Shown here: one piece after another, positions 35,278 to 46,946 of the stretch
How the letters are laid out: each line of letters starts with the position of its first letter
How positions within the stretch are numbered: the first letter of the stretch is position 1
Source: Blepharisma stoltei ATCC 30299
Taxonomy: Eukaryota; Protista; Ciliophora
Reading direction: 5' to 3'
DNA length: 64,000 bases
Assembly: GCA_965603825.1 (NCBI GenBank)
Contig: CBFDEM010000015.1
Location: 558,001-622,000, forward strand
Translations under genes and position numbers: made by a program
Notes under the pieces: model-generated
What the model saw: only the letters and a program-made list of their open reading frames with translations
The model's database searches: none
Told to the model about the DNA's origin: nothing

Positions 35278-35489
35278 TTAAATTAAATCTCATAATTGGT
35301 TAATAAAAGCCATATTGCATAATTAAAATAAACTTCAAATATGATAACAGACCGACCTTTAACCCCTTCTATTGTACTTATTTCGTAATTTAAATGTTAA
35401 AAGATTAATTTTCAATTGGTTTGAATATTATCAAGAATTTATCAAATTCCGTATATATGCAATAATCTCAATTAAATAATTAGTCAATA

Positions 35490-36491
35490 TTAAGATCTTC
35501 TTGTTCTGACTAAGAACTTGGAATCAGTTTTCTTATCAGCATATTGTTTCAGCGCATCTTTAACCCCATCAAGCGTCACTTCAGCTACATAATCAGTCTT
35601 CAATGCATACCCAATTAAATCTTGAACTTGATACCCAACTTCAACCCTTTTCTCAACCGTCAAACTTCTTAGCCAAGGTGCAAGAAAAAGGCCTTTTATG
35701 CTCTTATCTCCAGCCAGACTCGGCGGCATAAATTGTGCTGGCTGTCCAGAAAGTATTCCATACGCATACAAAACACCACCTTCATTCAACAAATCTATCA
35801 TATCCTGAGTTGCACTTCCCGCAATTGCGTCAAATCCAATTTTTGTCCCAAGTTGTGTCGTTAAAGCTTTAACAGTGTCTTTCCACCCATCATTAGACGT
35901 ATTAAAAACATGTTCAGCTCCTATTGAAATCAATATATCAGCTTGTTCTTGTCTTCTTACCAAATTAATTGTTGTGATATTCAATAATTTGCACCATCTT
36001 ATAAGCATTTTCCCTATAGCTGAAGCTGCCGCATTAATAATTACGGATTTATGGTTTCCTTCTTTTAGCTTTTCGACCATTAAAGCCACAGTCATAGGGT
36101 TTATTATTAAGCTTGCGGCTTGTTCAAAAGTCACTGAATCTTTTAAAGGAAAAGCATTAAATGCGGAAGTAACTAAATAGTCTGCATAAGCCCCAAAGCC
36201 TTGGACACTAGCTTCAAATGAAACTCTTTTTCCGACAAGAGATTGAGCATATGGGTGGGCTCCGCTTTTTATGACGGTTCCACTGCCTTCGTTTCCGATA
36301 AAGTGGGGAAGAGGTTGTCTGCGATAGTGACCTAAAGCTTGCATGAGGTCGATAATGTTGATTGGGGCATATTCGACTCTGACTAAAATTTGAGTGTCTT
36401 CTAGCTCTGGAATTGGGGCTTGGTCAACTGTTAGTGAGTCTAAATCTTCATATGCATGAACTCTTATTCCTGTTATTGTATCAGCTTCCAT
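35490..36491 (-). CDS. Zinc-free MDR oxidoreductase, copy 2 (PINIID subtype)
   Basis: Paralogue of copy 1; ATG at 36491 by alignment (MEADTITG). Confidence 0.92.
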   Translation of the reverse strand: MEADTITGIRVHAYEDLDSLTVDQAPIPELEDTQILVRVEYAPINIIDLMQALGHYRRQPLPHFIGNEGSGTVIKSGAHPYAQSLVGKRVSFEASVQGFGAYADYLVTSAFNAFPLKDSVTFEQAASLIINPMTVALMVEKLKEGNHKSVIINAAASAIGKMLIRWCKLLNITTINLVRRQEQADILISIGAEHVFNTSNDGWKDTVKALTTQLGTKIGFDAIAGSATQDMIDLLNEGGVLYAYGILSGQPAQFMPPSLAGDKSIKGLFLAPWLRSLTVEKRVEVGYQVQDLIGYALKTDYVAEVTLDGVKDALKQYADKKTDSKFLVRTRRS

Positions 36492-37384
36492 TTTATTATT
36501 TCCAATGGATTTATGAATAAAATTATCTTTAATAAATGGTTGAACAATTTCTCCAAACTTTATTAAAGATGCCAATTGCACATGAAATTTGCAAAAACCC
36601 GATATTTTAAGATCTCTTTTCTTATTTAATAATCAAAAGTATGTTTTAAACTCAAAATTATTAGTATTTTATTAGATATATTAAACATTGATGAATATTA
36701 GTGGAAAAAAGTTGGCTACAAATAAAACGAAGTCAGATTGATGAAATTGACGTTCATGTTAAAGAATTCATCAAATTAATTACTAAAAATAAAAAATCAA
36801 GACACCTTATGTGTGATAAAACGTAAAATTATTACTATTATATTAAAATACATAAAATTGGATAAATTTATCTTTTGTGCTATTTATTACATTCTTTTTG
36901 GATATATATTACTTTTAAGTCAAGATAAAGAACATTCTGAGTAATTAAGGTAATTTATAATAAAATTATATATCTTATTTATCAAGGAGAAGCTTTATAT
37001 TAAAATAATTATAATGCCTTTAAGAACTTTATAATTATAATATCCTTAAAGCTATTTATATATAAGAAAAAAATGACGATATAAGTTTACTATCTAGATT
37101 ATTTCAGTTGAAAATATTATCATCAGAGCAAAAATTTTTAGAATTAAAAACTGCTAATTGAATTCAAATCGAATCTTATATTTGATAGTAAAATTCTTTT
37201 AAAATTTAAACATCTATCTAGTTTTAGTATTAATTATTAAAGTATAAAGATATGAAGAGAGAAGTCGCTCATTTTTTAAACTCATATATTTCCTATTATA
37301 AACTTCTTTTTTTTGAGAAACCGAAGTAATTAAAACTTAAACAGCTCAATTTTGTGATTTATATTTCTAAAGAATTAGTTAAAG

Positions 37385-38389
37385 TTAATCTCTTTTTGGC
37401 CTCACTAAGAATTTGCTATCAGTCTTTTTGCCTGCATATTGCTTAAGTGCATCTTTTACACCATCTAGCGTCACTTCAGATTGATAGTCAGTCTTCAATG
37501 CATCTCCAATCAAATCTTGTATTTGATACCCGAATTCTGCCTTTTTCTCTATAGGCATATTATTGATTCATGCATGAAGGAAAACTCCTTTAATTGCCTT
37601 ATCACCTACAACAAAACTTAAAGGACTAACTTGGATTAGCTGCCCTGAAAGTCCGCCATAAATATACAAAACTCCTTTATCTTCTAATAAGTCCAGCATC
37701 TCTTGAGTTGCGCTTCCACAAATTGCATCAAAGCCAATTTTTGTCCCAAGCTGAGTTGTTAAAGCTTTAGCAGCATCTTGCCATCCTTCATCAGAAGTAT
37801 TGAATACATAGTCAGCTCCAATTGAAGACAATATATCAACTTGTTCTTGCCTTCGTACTAAACCCACTGTTTTTATATTAAGCAATTTACATCATCTTAT
37901 AAGCATTTTTCCTAAAGCTGAAGCCGCAGCATTTAGGACGACTGATGTATAATTTCTTTTTTTTAATTTTTCGACCATTAAAGCAACAGTCATTGGGTTT
38001 ATTATTAAACTTGCTGCTTGCTCAAAAGTTACTGAATCTCTTAATGGAAAAGCATTGAATGCAGAAACAACTGAGTAATCTGAATAAGTTCCAAAGCCAA
38101 GGACAGTAGAGTCAAATGAAACTCTTTTGCCAAGAAGAGACTGAGCATAAGGATGGCTTCCGCTTTTTACAACAGTCCCACTTCCTTCTATCCCCAACAT
38201 ATGAGGAAGAGATTGCCTATTATAGTGGCCAAAAGCTCTGGAGAGATCACTAACATTGATTGGAGCGCATTCAATTCTTACTAATATTTGAGTGTCTTCA
38301 AGTTCGGGAATTGGGACTTGCTCAACTATTATTGAGTCTAAATCGCCATATGAATGAATTCTTACACATGTGGCAGATTGAATTTCCAT
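37385..38389 (-). CDS. Zinc-free MDR oxidoreductase, copy 3 (PINVSD subtype)
   Basis: Intact 334 aa when TGA 37894-37892 and 37570-37568 are Trp. Both align with TGG-Trp in paralogues. Confidence 0.92.
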
Positions 38390-39099
38390 TTTATTTTCTC
38401 CAAGAAATTTTACTAAAATTATCAATGACTAAATGCTCAAACCGATTTCAAAACCTTAATTAAAATTAAGGAAAAATAAATAAGGAAGCTTGGCTGCCTT
38501 CATAGCTAACTTCCTAATCTTAATGGATAATACTTAGGGACTGCTACGAATTTCTTTCAGGATGATCCATAAACGGCCTTGGACTATAAATAAATGTAAA
38601 TCGGCGTCAATCTATATCTAGTCAATGAAATAATTTTATTTATTCAATGCAATTCTAGTCCTCTAGTAATGTTTAAGAAAGGTAAGCTTAAACATAAAGA
38701 TGGAAAGAATTTAGCTTAAAAAATCGCCTATTCAACTAAATTTGTTAGCTAATATATGTCTAATTTTATTTTCTTTTAGATGATAATTAGTTAAAGCTTT
38801 GCATTAAGCTATTTTTAGAATCATTTATTTATATTAATTTTTTACTTTTTTGGAAAATTGTGTGTATTCTTAGAATGAAGAATCAGCATTGGGTATTTTA
38901 ATGTAACTGTGATTCATTAAATTTATTTATAAATGCACTCGAATATAAATAATATCATATTTGAACAAAAACCTTATAATTTATATTTAGCATTAGATAG
39001 CTAAATTATTTAAAATTTAAAAAATTAATAAAACTTGCATACAAACGTAAAATCATATTTTTGTCTTTTGATTATATTTTTTATTTAATTTTTTTTAGA

Positions 39100-40104
39100 T
39101 TAGCCTCTCCTGATTTTTACCACGAATTTTGAGTCAGTTTTTTTAGCTGCATATTGCTTGAGCGCGTCTTTAACCTCGCCAATAGTCACTTCGCTTATAT
39201 AATCAGTCTTCAAAGCGCTTCCAATCAAATCTTGAATTTGATATCCTACTTCTACCCTTTTCTCATTTGTCATCCTTGCTAGCCACGTAGTCAATAAAAG
39301 TCCTTTAACAGTTTTATCACCTCCAATAAGACTCATAGGGCTCACATGAGCTGGCTCTCCAGAGAGTGCTCCATAGATATATGCAATTCCATCATTTTCC
39401 AATAAATCCAGCATATCTTGAGTTGCGCTACCTGAAATTGCATCAAAACCTATTTTTGTCCCAAGTTGAGTCGTTAAAGCTTTAGCGGATTCTTTTCAGC
39501 CATCATTAGACGTATTAAATATATGTTCAGCTCCTATTGAAGCTAATATATCAGCTTGATCTTGTCTCCTTACAAAATTTACTGTTGTGATATTCAATAA
39601 CTTACACCATTTTATAAGCATTTTTCCTATTCCTGAAGCTGCTGCATTAATTAATGCAGATGTATGGTTTCCTTGTTTCAGTTTTTCTACCATATAAGCA
39701 ACAGTCATAGGGTTTACTATTAAGCTTGCCGCTTGTTCAAAAGTTACAGAATCTCTTAGAGGATAAGCGTCAGAGGCATATGCAACTAAATAGTCTGCAT
39801 AAGTTCCAAAACCAGGAACATTAGAGTCAACTGAGACTCTTTTTCCTAGAAGAAACCTAGCATAAGGGTGGTTTCCAGTTTTTACTACAGTTCCGCTGCC
39901 TTCTTTGCCGAAAAAGTGAGGAAGGGGTTGCCTATTATAGTAGCCTAAGGCTTGCATGAGGTCGATAATGTTGATAGGAGCATATTCAATTCTCACTAAT
40001 ATTTGGTCGTCTTTAAGATCAGGAATTGGCACCTGATCAATTGTTATTGAGTCTAAATCATTATAAGCGTGAACTCTTACACCTCTAATTGACTGGGCCT
40101 CCAT
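39100..40104 (-). CDS. Zinc-free MDR oxidoreductase, copy 4 (PINIID subtype)
   Basis: Intact 334 aa with TGA 39498-39496 as Trp (NDGW, TGG in paralogues). Confidence 0.92.
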
Positions 40105-40626
40105 ATTATTATCTCCAATGGATTTATTAATAAAATTATCTTTTGATTAAATGATTCAAACTTACTTCCCTGCCCTGCTATTATATCGAAAATTGCCCCG
40201 GAGTATTCAACTGTTAATAATTATAAAGCCTGTATCCTTCTTTAATAAAATTCGATTTGATTCACTTATTATTCGGTTAAAACTATTAATCTTTTTCAAT
40301 TTTTTCTAATAAAGTGCAAAAATTTGTAATAAATCTCTAATCTTATTGATTTTTAATTAAGTAAAATTATATTATAATTAATAGTCAAAATTATAAAATG
40401 GTATTAATTTAATTGTTTATTATAAATAATCAAATTTTATTTCCTACGATTTTATGTTTATGTCTTTTTGTATTAGTCACGCGTATGATCTCTCATATAA
40501 TGGATATCTATTTCGTTTTCTATATATTTAATTTATAATTCAAAATTAATTTAGTAAATAAATATAAAGCACCTCAATATATTAGTTATTTATTTGCAAA
40601 GCATTTATTAAAATAATTAGTTATGA

Positions 40627-41631
40627 TTAAGCTCTTCTTGGCCTTACTAAGAACTTGGAGTCAGTCTTTTTATCTGAATATTGCTTTAAAGCATCTTTAA
40701 CACCGTCAAGAGTGACTTCTGAATGGTATTCAGTCTTCAAAACATCTCCAATCAAATCTTGAACCTGACTTCCGATTTCTGCCTTTTTCTCATTTGATAA
40801 AATTCTTAACCATTTTGTCAGCCAGAGTCCCCTAACAGTCTTATCACCTCCAATAAGACTCATAGGTCCTGCTTGAGCTGGTTGGCCTGAAAGTCCCCCA
40901 TAAACGTGCACAACTCCTTCTTCTACCAATAAATCCAGCATATCTTGAGTACTGCTGCCTGCAATTGCATCAAAACCAATTTTAGTTCCATGCTGAGTTG
41001 TCAAAGCTTTAGCTGCATCTTTCCAACCCGCATCAGAGGTGTTAAAAACATGTTCAGCTCCTATTGAGGCCAAAATATCAGCTTGTTCTTGCCTTCTAAC
41101 CAAATTGACTGTTGTAATATTCAACAACTTGCACCATCTTATAAGCATTTTCCCTAAAGCTGACGCTGCTGCATTGATAACTACTGATTTATGATTTCCT
41201 TCTTTTAGCCTCTCAACCATCAGGGCAACTGTCATTGGGTTTACTATTAAGCTTGCTGCCTGTTCAAAAGTCACAGAATCTTTCAAAGGAAAAGCCATAA
41301 ACGCTGAAGTGACTAGATAGTCTGAATAGGTACCAAAGCCTTCAACGCTAGCAGCAAAGGAAACTCTTTTTCCGACAAGAGATTGGGCATATGGGTGGGT
41401 TCCGCTTTTTATGACTGTTCCACTGCCTTCTTTTCCGAGAGTATGAGGAAGAGGATCTCTTGCATAGTGGCCTAATGCTTGCATGAGGTCACTGACATTG
41501 ATTGGGGCGCATTCAACTCTGATTAAGATTTGGGTCTCGCCAAGATCGGGGATAGGGATTTGTTCAACCGCTATTGAGTCTAAGTCACCGTATGTGTGAA
41601 TTCTTACACCTGTTGCTGATTGAACTTCCAT
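40627..41631 (-). CDS. Zinc-free MDR oxidoreductase, copy 5 (PINVSD subtype)
   Basis: 334-aa ORF paralogous to copies 1-4. Confidence 0.93.
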   Translation of the reverse strand: MEVQSATGVRIHTYGDLDSIAVEQIPIPDLGETQILIRVECAPINVSDLMQALGHYARDPLPHTLGKEGSGTVIKSGTHPYAQSLVGKRVSFAASVEGFGTYSDYLVTSAFMAFPLKDSVTFEQAASLIVNPMTVALMVERLKEGNHKSVVINAAASALGKMLIRWCKLLNITTVNLVRRQEQADILASIGAEHVFNTSDAGWKDAAKALTTQHGTKIGFDAIAGSSTQDMLDLLVEEGVVHVYGGLSGQPAQAGPMSLIGGDKTVRGLWLTKWLRILSNEKKAEIGSQVQDLIGDVLKTEYHSEVTLDGVKDALKQYSDKKTDSKFLVRPRRA

Positions 41632-42057
41632 TATTTATTTTTCGCCAATTAGTTTACGAATAAAATCGTCATTGGTTAAATGGATTGTGATATTCGGAAA
41701 TTGCTTAATTAGGATGGTAGTCTTTTGTAAAGCCAGATAAGCTTAGAAATTATAAGAAATCATCAATTTTAAAAGAAAATTTTAATTTTTGATATAATCA
41801 CCTAGAAATTTCTCTTATATATAAAATTATCAATTTTTAAGTTTCTGATATAAATTCTTATCAGATAGACCTTAAAGATTCTGTTTCCAAACTTTTAAAA
41901 TTATCACTAATTTTTATCTCTTAAAAGCCTCAACTTCCAATTTAATAATTTCCGTTTCCTTTAATTGCTCCTCCTCTCTTTTCCCTAAATTCACTCCCAA
42001 TTTAATAAAAAATCATTTCTAAAAAATTCAGTCAACTTTTCCAATATCAAAATAAAC

Positions 42058-43164
42058 ATGGATTTCGAGGTCCCAAAATACTATGCAAATGTGAACTTAG
42101 AGCTTCCCAGAGATCACAGTGACTACGACAAGTTAAGAATTCAATGGGGCAACCAAGACGACTACGAAGTTACTAAAAAAATCGGCCGAGGGAAATATTC
42201 AGAGGTTTATGCAGGCTTCCACTCACAAACTCATCAGCCTTGTGTAGTAAAAATCCTCAAGCCTGTAAAAAAGAAAAAAATCTTCCGCGAGGTAAAAATC
42301 CTCCAAGTCTTACAAGACGGGCCAAATATTGTAAAACTCCTGGACATTGTAAGAGATCCTATATCAAAAACCCCATCACTGATTTTTGAGCACATAAACA
42401 ACGTGGATTTCAAAGTTTTTTTCCCAACTTTGGTCGATTTTGAGGTCAGGTATTACATGTATGAAATTGTCAGAGCTCTTGATTATTGCCATTCTCAAGG
42501 GATCATCCATAGAGACATAAAACCTCATAATGTGATGATTGACCATACTACAAGAAAACTAAGGGTCATTGACTGGGGACTTGCTGAGTTTTACTATCCT
42601 GGACGCGAATACAATGTAAGAGTCGCATCAAGATACTACAAAGGCCCAGAGTTGCTAGTAAACGACCAATATTATGGCTATACCCTTGACATGTGAAGCC
42701 TAGGGGCTACAATTGCCGCAATTGTAAAAGATATTTAGATATTTAAGAAAGAGCCTTTCTTCCATGGTGACGATAATTATGACCAACTTATTAAAATCGC
42801 AAAAATCCTTGGGGTTGATAAGTTGATGGAATATCTAGACAAATATGAGCTAGAATTAGATGACCATTATAATGGAAGATTCAAAAATTACCCCAAGAAG
42901 AAATGGTCAAGCTTCGTCACGTTGGAAAATCAGCATTTAGTCAGCCAAGAAGCCTTGGATTTTCTTGATAAATGCTTAGTTTATGACCATGTAAAGATTA
43001 TTTAGGCTGAAAGAATTACATCAACTGATGCATTGTCTCATCCTTATTTTGCACCAGTTATAGAAATGTATAAGAAAATTGATGCGGAGATTATTGATTA
43101 TAGCCCTAATTCGCCGGAATACCAGACTGCTCAGATATTGCTGAGACAAAGAAATAATAGATAA
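42058..43164 (+). CDS. CSNK2A: Casein kinase II catalytic subunit alpha
   Basis: [38 protein letters not shown] and DM(TGA=W)SLG. Introns 42724-42738 and 42991-43005; TAA 43162-43164. Confidence 0.97.
42724..42738 (+). other. 15-nt intron GTAAAAGATATTTAG
   Basis: Removal gives AAI|[17 protein letters not shown], the CK2 consensus. Confidence 0.95.
42991..43005 (+). other. 15-nt intron GTAAAGATTATTTAG
   Basis: Removal gives LVYDH|[15 protein letters not shown], the CK2 consensus. Confidence 0.95.
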
Positions 43165-43378
43165 GTAAAAATTAAGAAATAAAACATTATTATTAGAATA
43201 TTAAATATTAATTTCTTTACTTTAATTGCAAGTCTATTTTATATTAAATTTATGCATAAAATGTATAAAATTCCCCATTTATCAAACTATTCTAGAAACG
43301 TATTGCATAAAGGACTTAAACAATAAATTTAAAGCAAATATCAATTATCGTTTATTAATACAGGCCATGCATTTAATT

Positions 43379-43867
43379 CTAACTTAATCTAATCCCAATG
43401 CTGTTCCCATAGCTTAAATACTTTTCATATAAATTATCAAGTGGCTTCTCAAATGTATTCCCTTGAGTAAAAGAGCTTAATTCCTCAGCAAATGAGTTAT
43501 CCAAATTTTTCATAGCTTTGGAGAGCTCAATCTGAAGCAGTCTTTGCTGCAATGACAAAAGTCCTGATCTTGCCAAAAGACTCTTTGTGTTTAGGGCGTC
43601 TAATTTGCTGAATCTTTCATCGTGATTAATTTTTATTGGGTCAAATGATAAATTTCTTTGCTTTGGCTTTATCTCTACACTTCTATTAGCATTATCTTTT
43701 CCTTTTGTGTTCCTTTCCATGGTCTTAAGACGATGGTTTGCTGCTTTGGTTGAAATTACATAGTTTTTTGTAAATTCGTATTTATGGCTTGGGCTTATTT
43801 TTCTTGATTTAGATGTATTGTTGATAGGTAGATGTGAGTATTGAAGCTTGGCCAGACTTTGAGACAT
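43379..43867 (-). CDS. Hypothetical protein
   Basis: 162-aa ORF from ATG to TAG; no motif recognised. Confidence 0.6.
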   Translation of the reverse strand: MSQSLAKLQYSHLPINNTSKSRKISPSHKYEFTKNYVISTKAANHRLKTMERNTKGKDNANRSVEIKPKQRNLSFDPIKINHDERFSKLDALNTKSLLARSGLLSLQQRLLQIELSKAMKNLDNSFAEELSSFTQGNTFEKPLDNLYEKYLSYGNSIGIRLS

Positions 43868-44216
43868 GATCGGTTTTATTATGCATATTTAAGCCAAAAA
43901 GATAAATTATTTTATGATTTCACAATATTTATTAATTAGAATTTTATATCAAAATACTTATGCCCGGAGCATTAATATAAAAATCTTTATCATGGTTTTT
44001 TCATTTCTAATCATTTATTTAAGACTGAAATAAAACGAATAACTCTGAAACTAAAATGCTTGATGGGAAGCCATGAATATTGCCTAGTCAACTATAAGAG
44101 GAGTAAATTATCGCCTTAAAAGATTACTGAAAAAATATAAGTTTCATTGGGAGATGAAAATAAGGAGAATTTTTATACGCAGTAAAATATAGTAAGATGA
44201 TAGTTAGTTAAGTAAC

Positions 44217-44489
44217 TTAATAGTCTCCTAGGAGCTCTCTAACGTATTTTTCAAGCTCTTCAGCACTGATAGTGCCACTTTTATCGGTATCAAGCTCTTT
44301 CATTTTACGTTCTACATCTTCAGCTGTTGGAGGATTAAGTCCACACTCAGCATAAATTCTGTTAAGTGCTTCAGATAGTTCATCCCATTCAATCTGCCCA
44401 GATTGATTAGTATCAAGCTCATTAAAAACCTTTCTTGTTATTTCTGGAAGTCTACCTCCTTCAGCAATTAGCTCGTAAATTGATGCCAT
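44217..44489 (-). CDS. Small two-EF-hand calcium-binding protein
   Basis: DTNQSGQIEWDE and DTDKSGTISAEE loops. Confidence 0.92.
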   Translation of the reverse strand: MASIYELIAEGGRLPEITRKVFNELDTNQSGQIEWDELSEALNRIYAECGLNPPTAEDVERKMKELDTDKSGTISAEELEKYVRELLGDY

Positions 44490-44718
44490 TTATTATAGTT
44501 TATTAGGATATATTTTATAATAAAAATAAGTGCTTACAATTAAACTATTAAAATTTGATAATTTTTCTCTAAATTAATATTCAAGTTTCTAATTTAATTA
44601 ATTTTACCAAAAAAACTTGCAGATCTATAAAACACATAATATAACTAATAAAATTATGATTAGTTTACTTAAAAAATGTATATAAAACATTTAGTAGTGA
44701 ATAACTCTGCTTTAAAGA

Positions 44719-45900
44719 ATGGATGTCATCCCAGAAGAATTACTGATTTTGGTGTTTTCTTATCTTGATCTTACATCTTTATCTTTTTGTGAACAAGTTT
44801 GCAAATATTGAAACCTCATATTATCATCTGAGTCGCAAAATTGCCTTTTTCAAGTCATTGATGTATTTTCTACCCACAACTCAATAGCCCCTCCTTTTGA
44901 ATGAACACTTCGAAAGGCCGTCAACCACAAAACAAAAGAATTAATAATCGGCGGGTCAAACTACAAAAGAACTGAAGTCATATTATTAATTGATTCTTGT
45001 GCAAACTCCTTGATCTCCTTAGATTTATCATTTTTTCATTTAAAGCAGAGCTTTTATCAGACAATTTCTAATAAAAACAGCATAATTCTGGAAAAATTGA
45101 CAATTTGTGATGCAAGACTACGTGATGAATGCTTAGAATGAATCTTAAAAATTGGTACCTTAAAGTACCTTAATGTGAATAACAACACATCTTTGGTAGG
45201 GAAACCGTTTTTAACATGCCAAAAGCCACTAGAAGCACTATGATTTGAAGGCTGCGAAAACTTGGAATATGAAAATATTCTGCCCTATGTCACAGCATAT
45301 GGGGATAGGATGGATGAGTTTGGGATTGATGGAGAAAATTACTCTTCATATCAAGTCTGCACACTTTTAAGCAATGTTTTGCTTATTAAGAAATTCAGCA
45401 TAGGCTTTGCCAATGAAATGCAGGATGAAATGCTTTATTATTTGATCAAAACAACGTGGGAATATTTAAAAATTAAAAAAGGAATCAATTTGACAGAGAA
45501 CGGGTTTTCTGAAATATTTTCACAAAGGCTTAATAATTTAGAATATCTTGAATTAGCCGAATGCTCAGCAATCTCAGACAAAGTTTGTATCCTAATTGGA
45601 GAAAACTGCCCAAACTTGCATACACTTATTATCACCTGATCCGATTTTATTACAGATCTCGGCATCATCTCAATCATCAACGGTTGCGAATCCCTTCGAA
45701 ATTTCGACTTAACCGGACAAAAATGCATCACCGAGAACGCTTTCCCTATCGACAAGCCTTACAAAATTTATTTTTCTCTCCTGACTCTTTACCTCTCCCA
45801 ATGCAACAAAGTAAATGACTCAAGGCTCTGAGAATTAAGCAACCAGTACCCACAAATCAAAATAAAGAACTACTATGGGGAGTTCAAAGAGGGATGGTAA
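44719..45900 (+). CDS. F-box/LRR-repeat protein (FBXL-like)
   Basis: MDVIPEELLILVFSYLD..VCKYW F-box, then Cys-containing LRRs (LELAECSAISD, CPNLHTL). Six in-frame TGAs; TAA 45898-45900. Confidence 0.9.
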
Positions 45901-45923
45901 TTTTGTAATAAGTTAGCATTAAA

Positions 45924-46755
45924 ATGGATAACTCTCATTCTACACAGAGTTTAATTACTTCTCCTACTAAATGAAGTTGGTCCTATGGAACTGATAATGA
46001 AGCTGGGCCAGGTAGCTATAATATTCCGACTATTATAGGATACCAGTCATGCAGGTACAGAAATTCTCCTAAACCAACAATCCCAAAAGCAGCTAAAGAA
46101 AGCAAGGTTTATTACTGCCGATCTCTCAGCAAAGAGTTTTATGGGACGCATTCGCCGCCGCTTACAGCCTATAACCCTAATTTGTCATTTACAGAAAAAA
46201 ATGAGGCTTCGGTTAAAATTGGGACTGCGAAACAAAGAGATTTGCAATTTATTGAAACTCATAGAGACAGGTCTCCTGGGCCAATTTATGGGTATAAGAC
46301 TGATATGAATCAAGATGTACATATAGGGAGCTCGTTCTCCAGGGCGTCAAGGGATGTGACACCGTCAAGAAATCCGGGACCAAATGCATATACGCCTGTA
46401 TTGAGGCCGAGATCTTCATATATTACTATGAAAGGTACATATTCCCCGGATAAAATATACCTGAAAAACTATGAAAGATATATGAAAGGAAAAATCAGTC
46501 CTGGGCCTGCGAAATATAATGTTAGTGATACAAAAATAGTAAAAAAGGCTTATATATCCAAGGTTGGCAGAGATGCCTATGAAAGTAAAGGATATTTTAG
46601 TGAAAAGAGAATCACCTGGCCCTGGGACTTATTTTAAAGCTGGGCTGCATGCTAAGACAAGATCAGTTTCTTTTGGAACTGGAAGTAGAGATGTTGATGT
46701 GAGAAATTGTAAAATATATATAGATGGAAAATCCGATGAGATGTTTAAGGCTTAA
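45924..46755 (+). CDS. STPG/SHIPPO (PGPG.Y) repeat ciliary protein, ODF3-like
   Basis: Repeats GPGSY, SPGPIY, PGPNAY, SPGPAKY and SPGPGTY. One TGA, intron 46585-46600 and probable intron 46709-46723. Confidence 0.82.
46585..46600 (+). other. 16-nt intron GTAAAGGATATTTTAG
   Basis: Removal places ESPGPGTYF in frame. Confidence 0.85.
46709..46723 (+). other. Probable in-frame, stop-free 15-nt intron GTAAAATATATATAG
   Basis: GT..AG, A at position 10, AT-only interior like the confirmed introns. Confidence 0.65.
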
Positions 46756-46946
46756 ACCACATATGTGAGATAAGTTATAATAATTTATTTTTGCAACTAT
46801 TTTCTATAGCTATTCTTTATAAATTTTATTGATATTCTATCAAGTTTAGCCTTAATAAAAAATAAATAATGAGAAAGCGGAATACCTTTAAACTTAAAAC
46901 TAAAAAAACCACTTTTATCCAATTTATCACACAAATTTTAATAATA

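Noticed and set aside
37385-40104. MDR copies 3 and 4 look like nonsense-disrupted pseudogenes in the ORF track
   Set aside because: The breaks are TGA codons aligned with TGG-Trp in paralogues; both are full-length 334-aa genes.
42694-42696. In-frame TGAs as selenocysteine
   Set aside because: They fall at conserved Trp positions, not Cys, and occur in dozens of unrelated genes.
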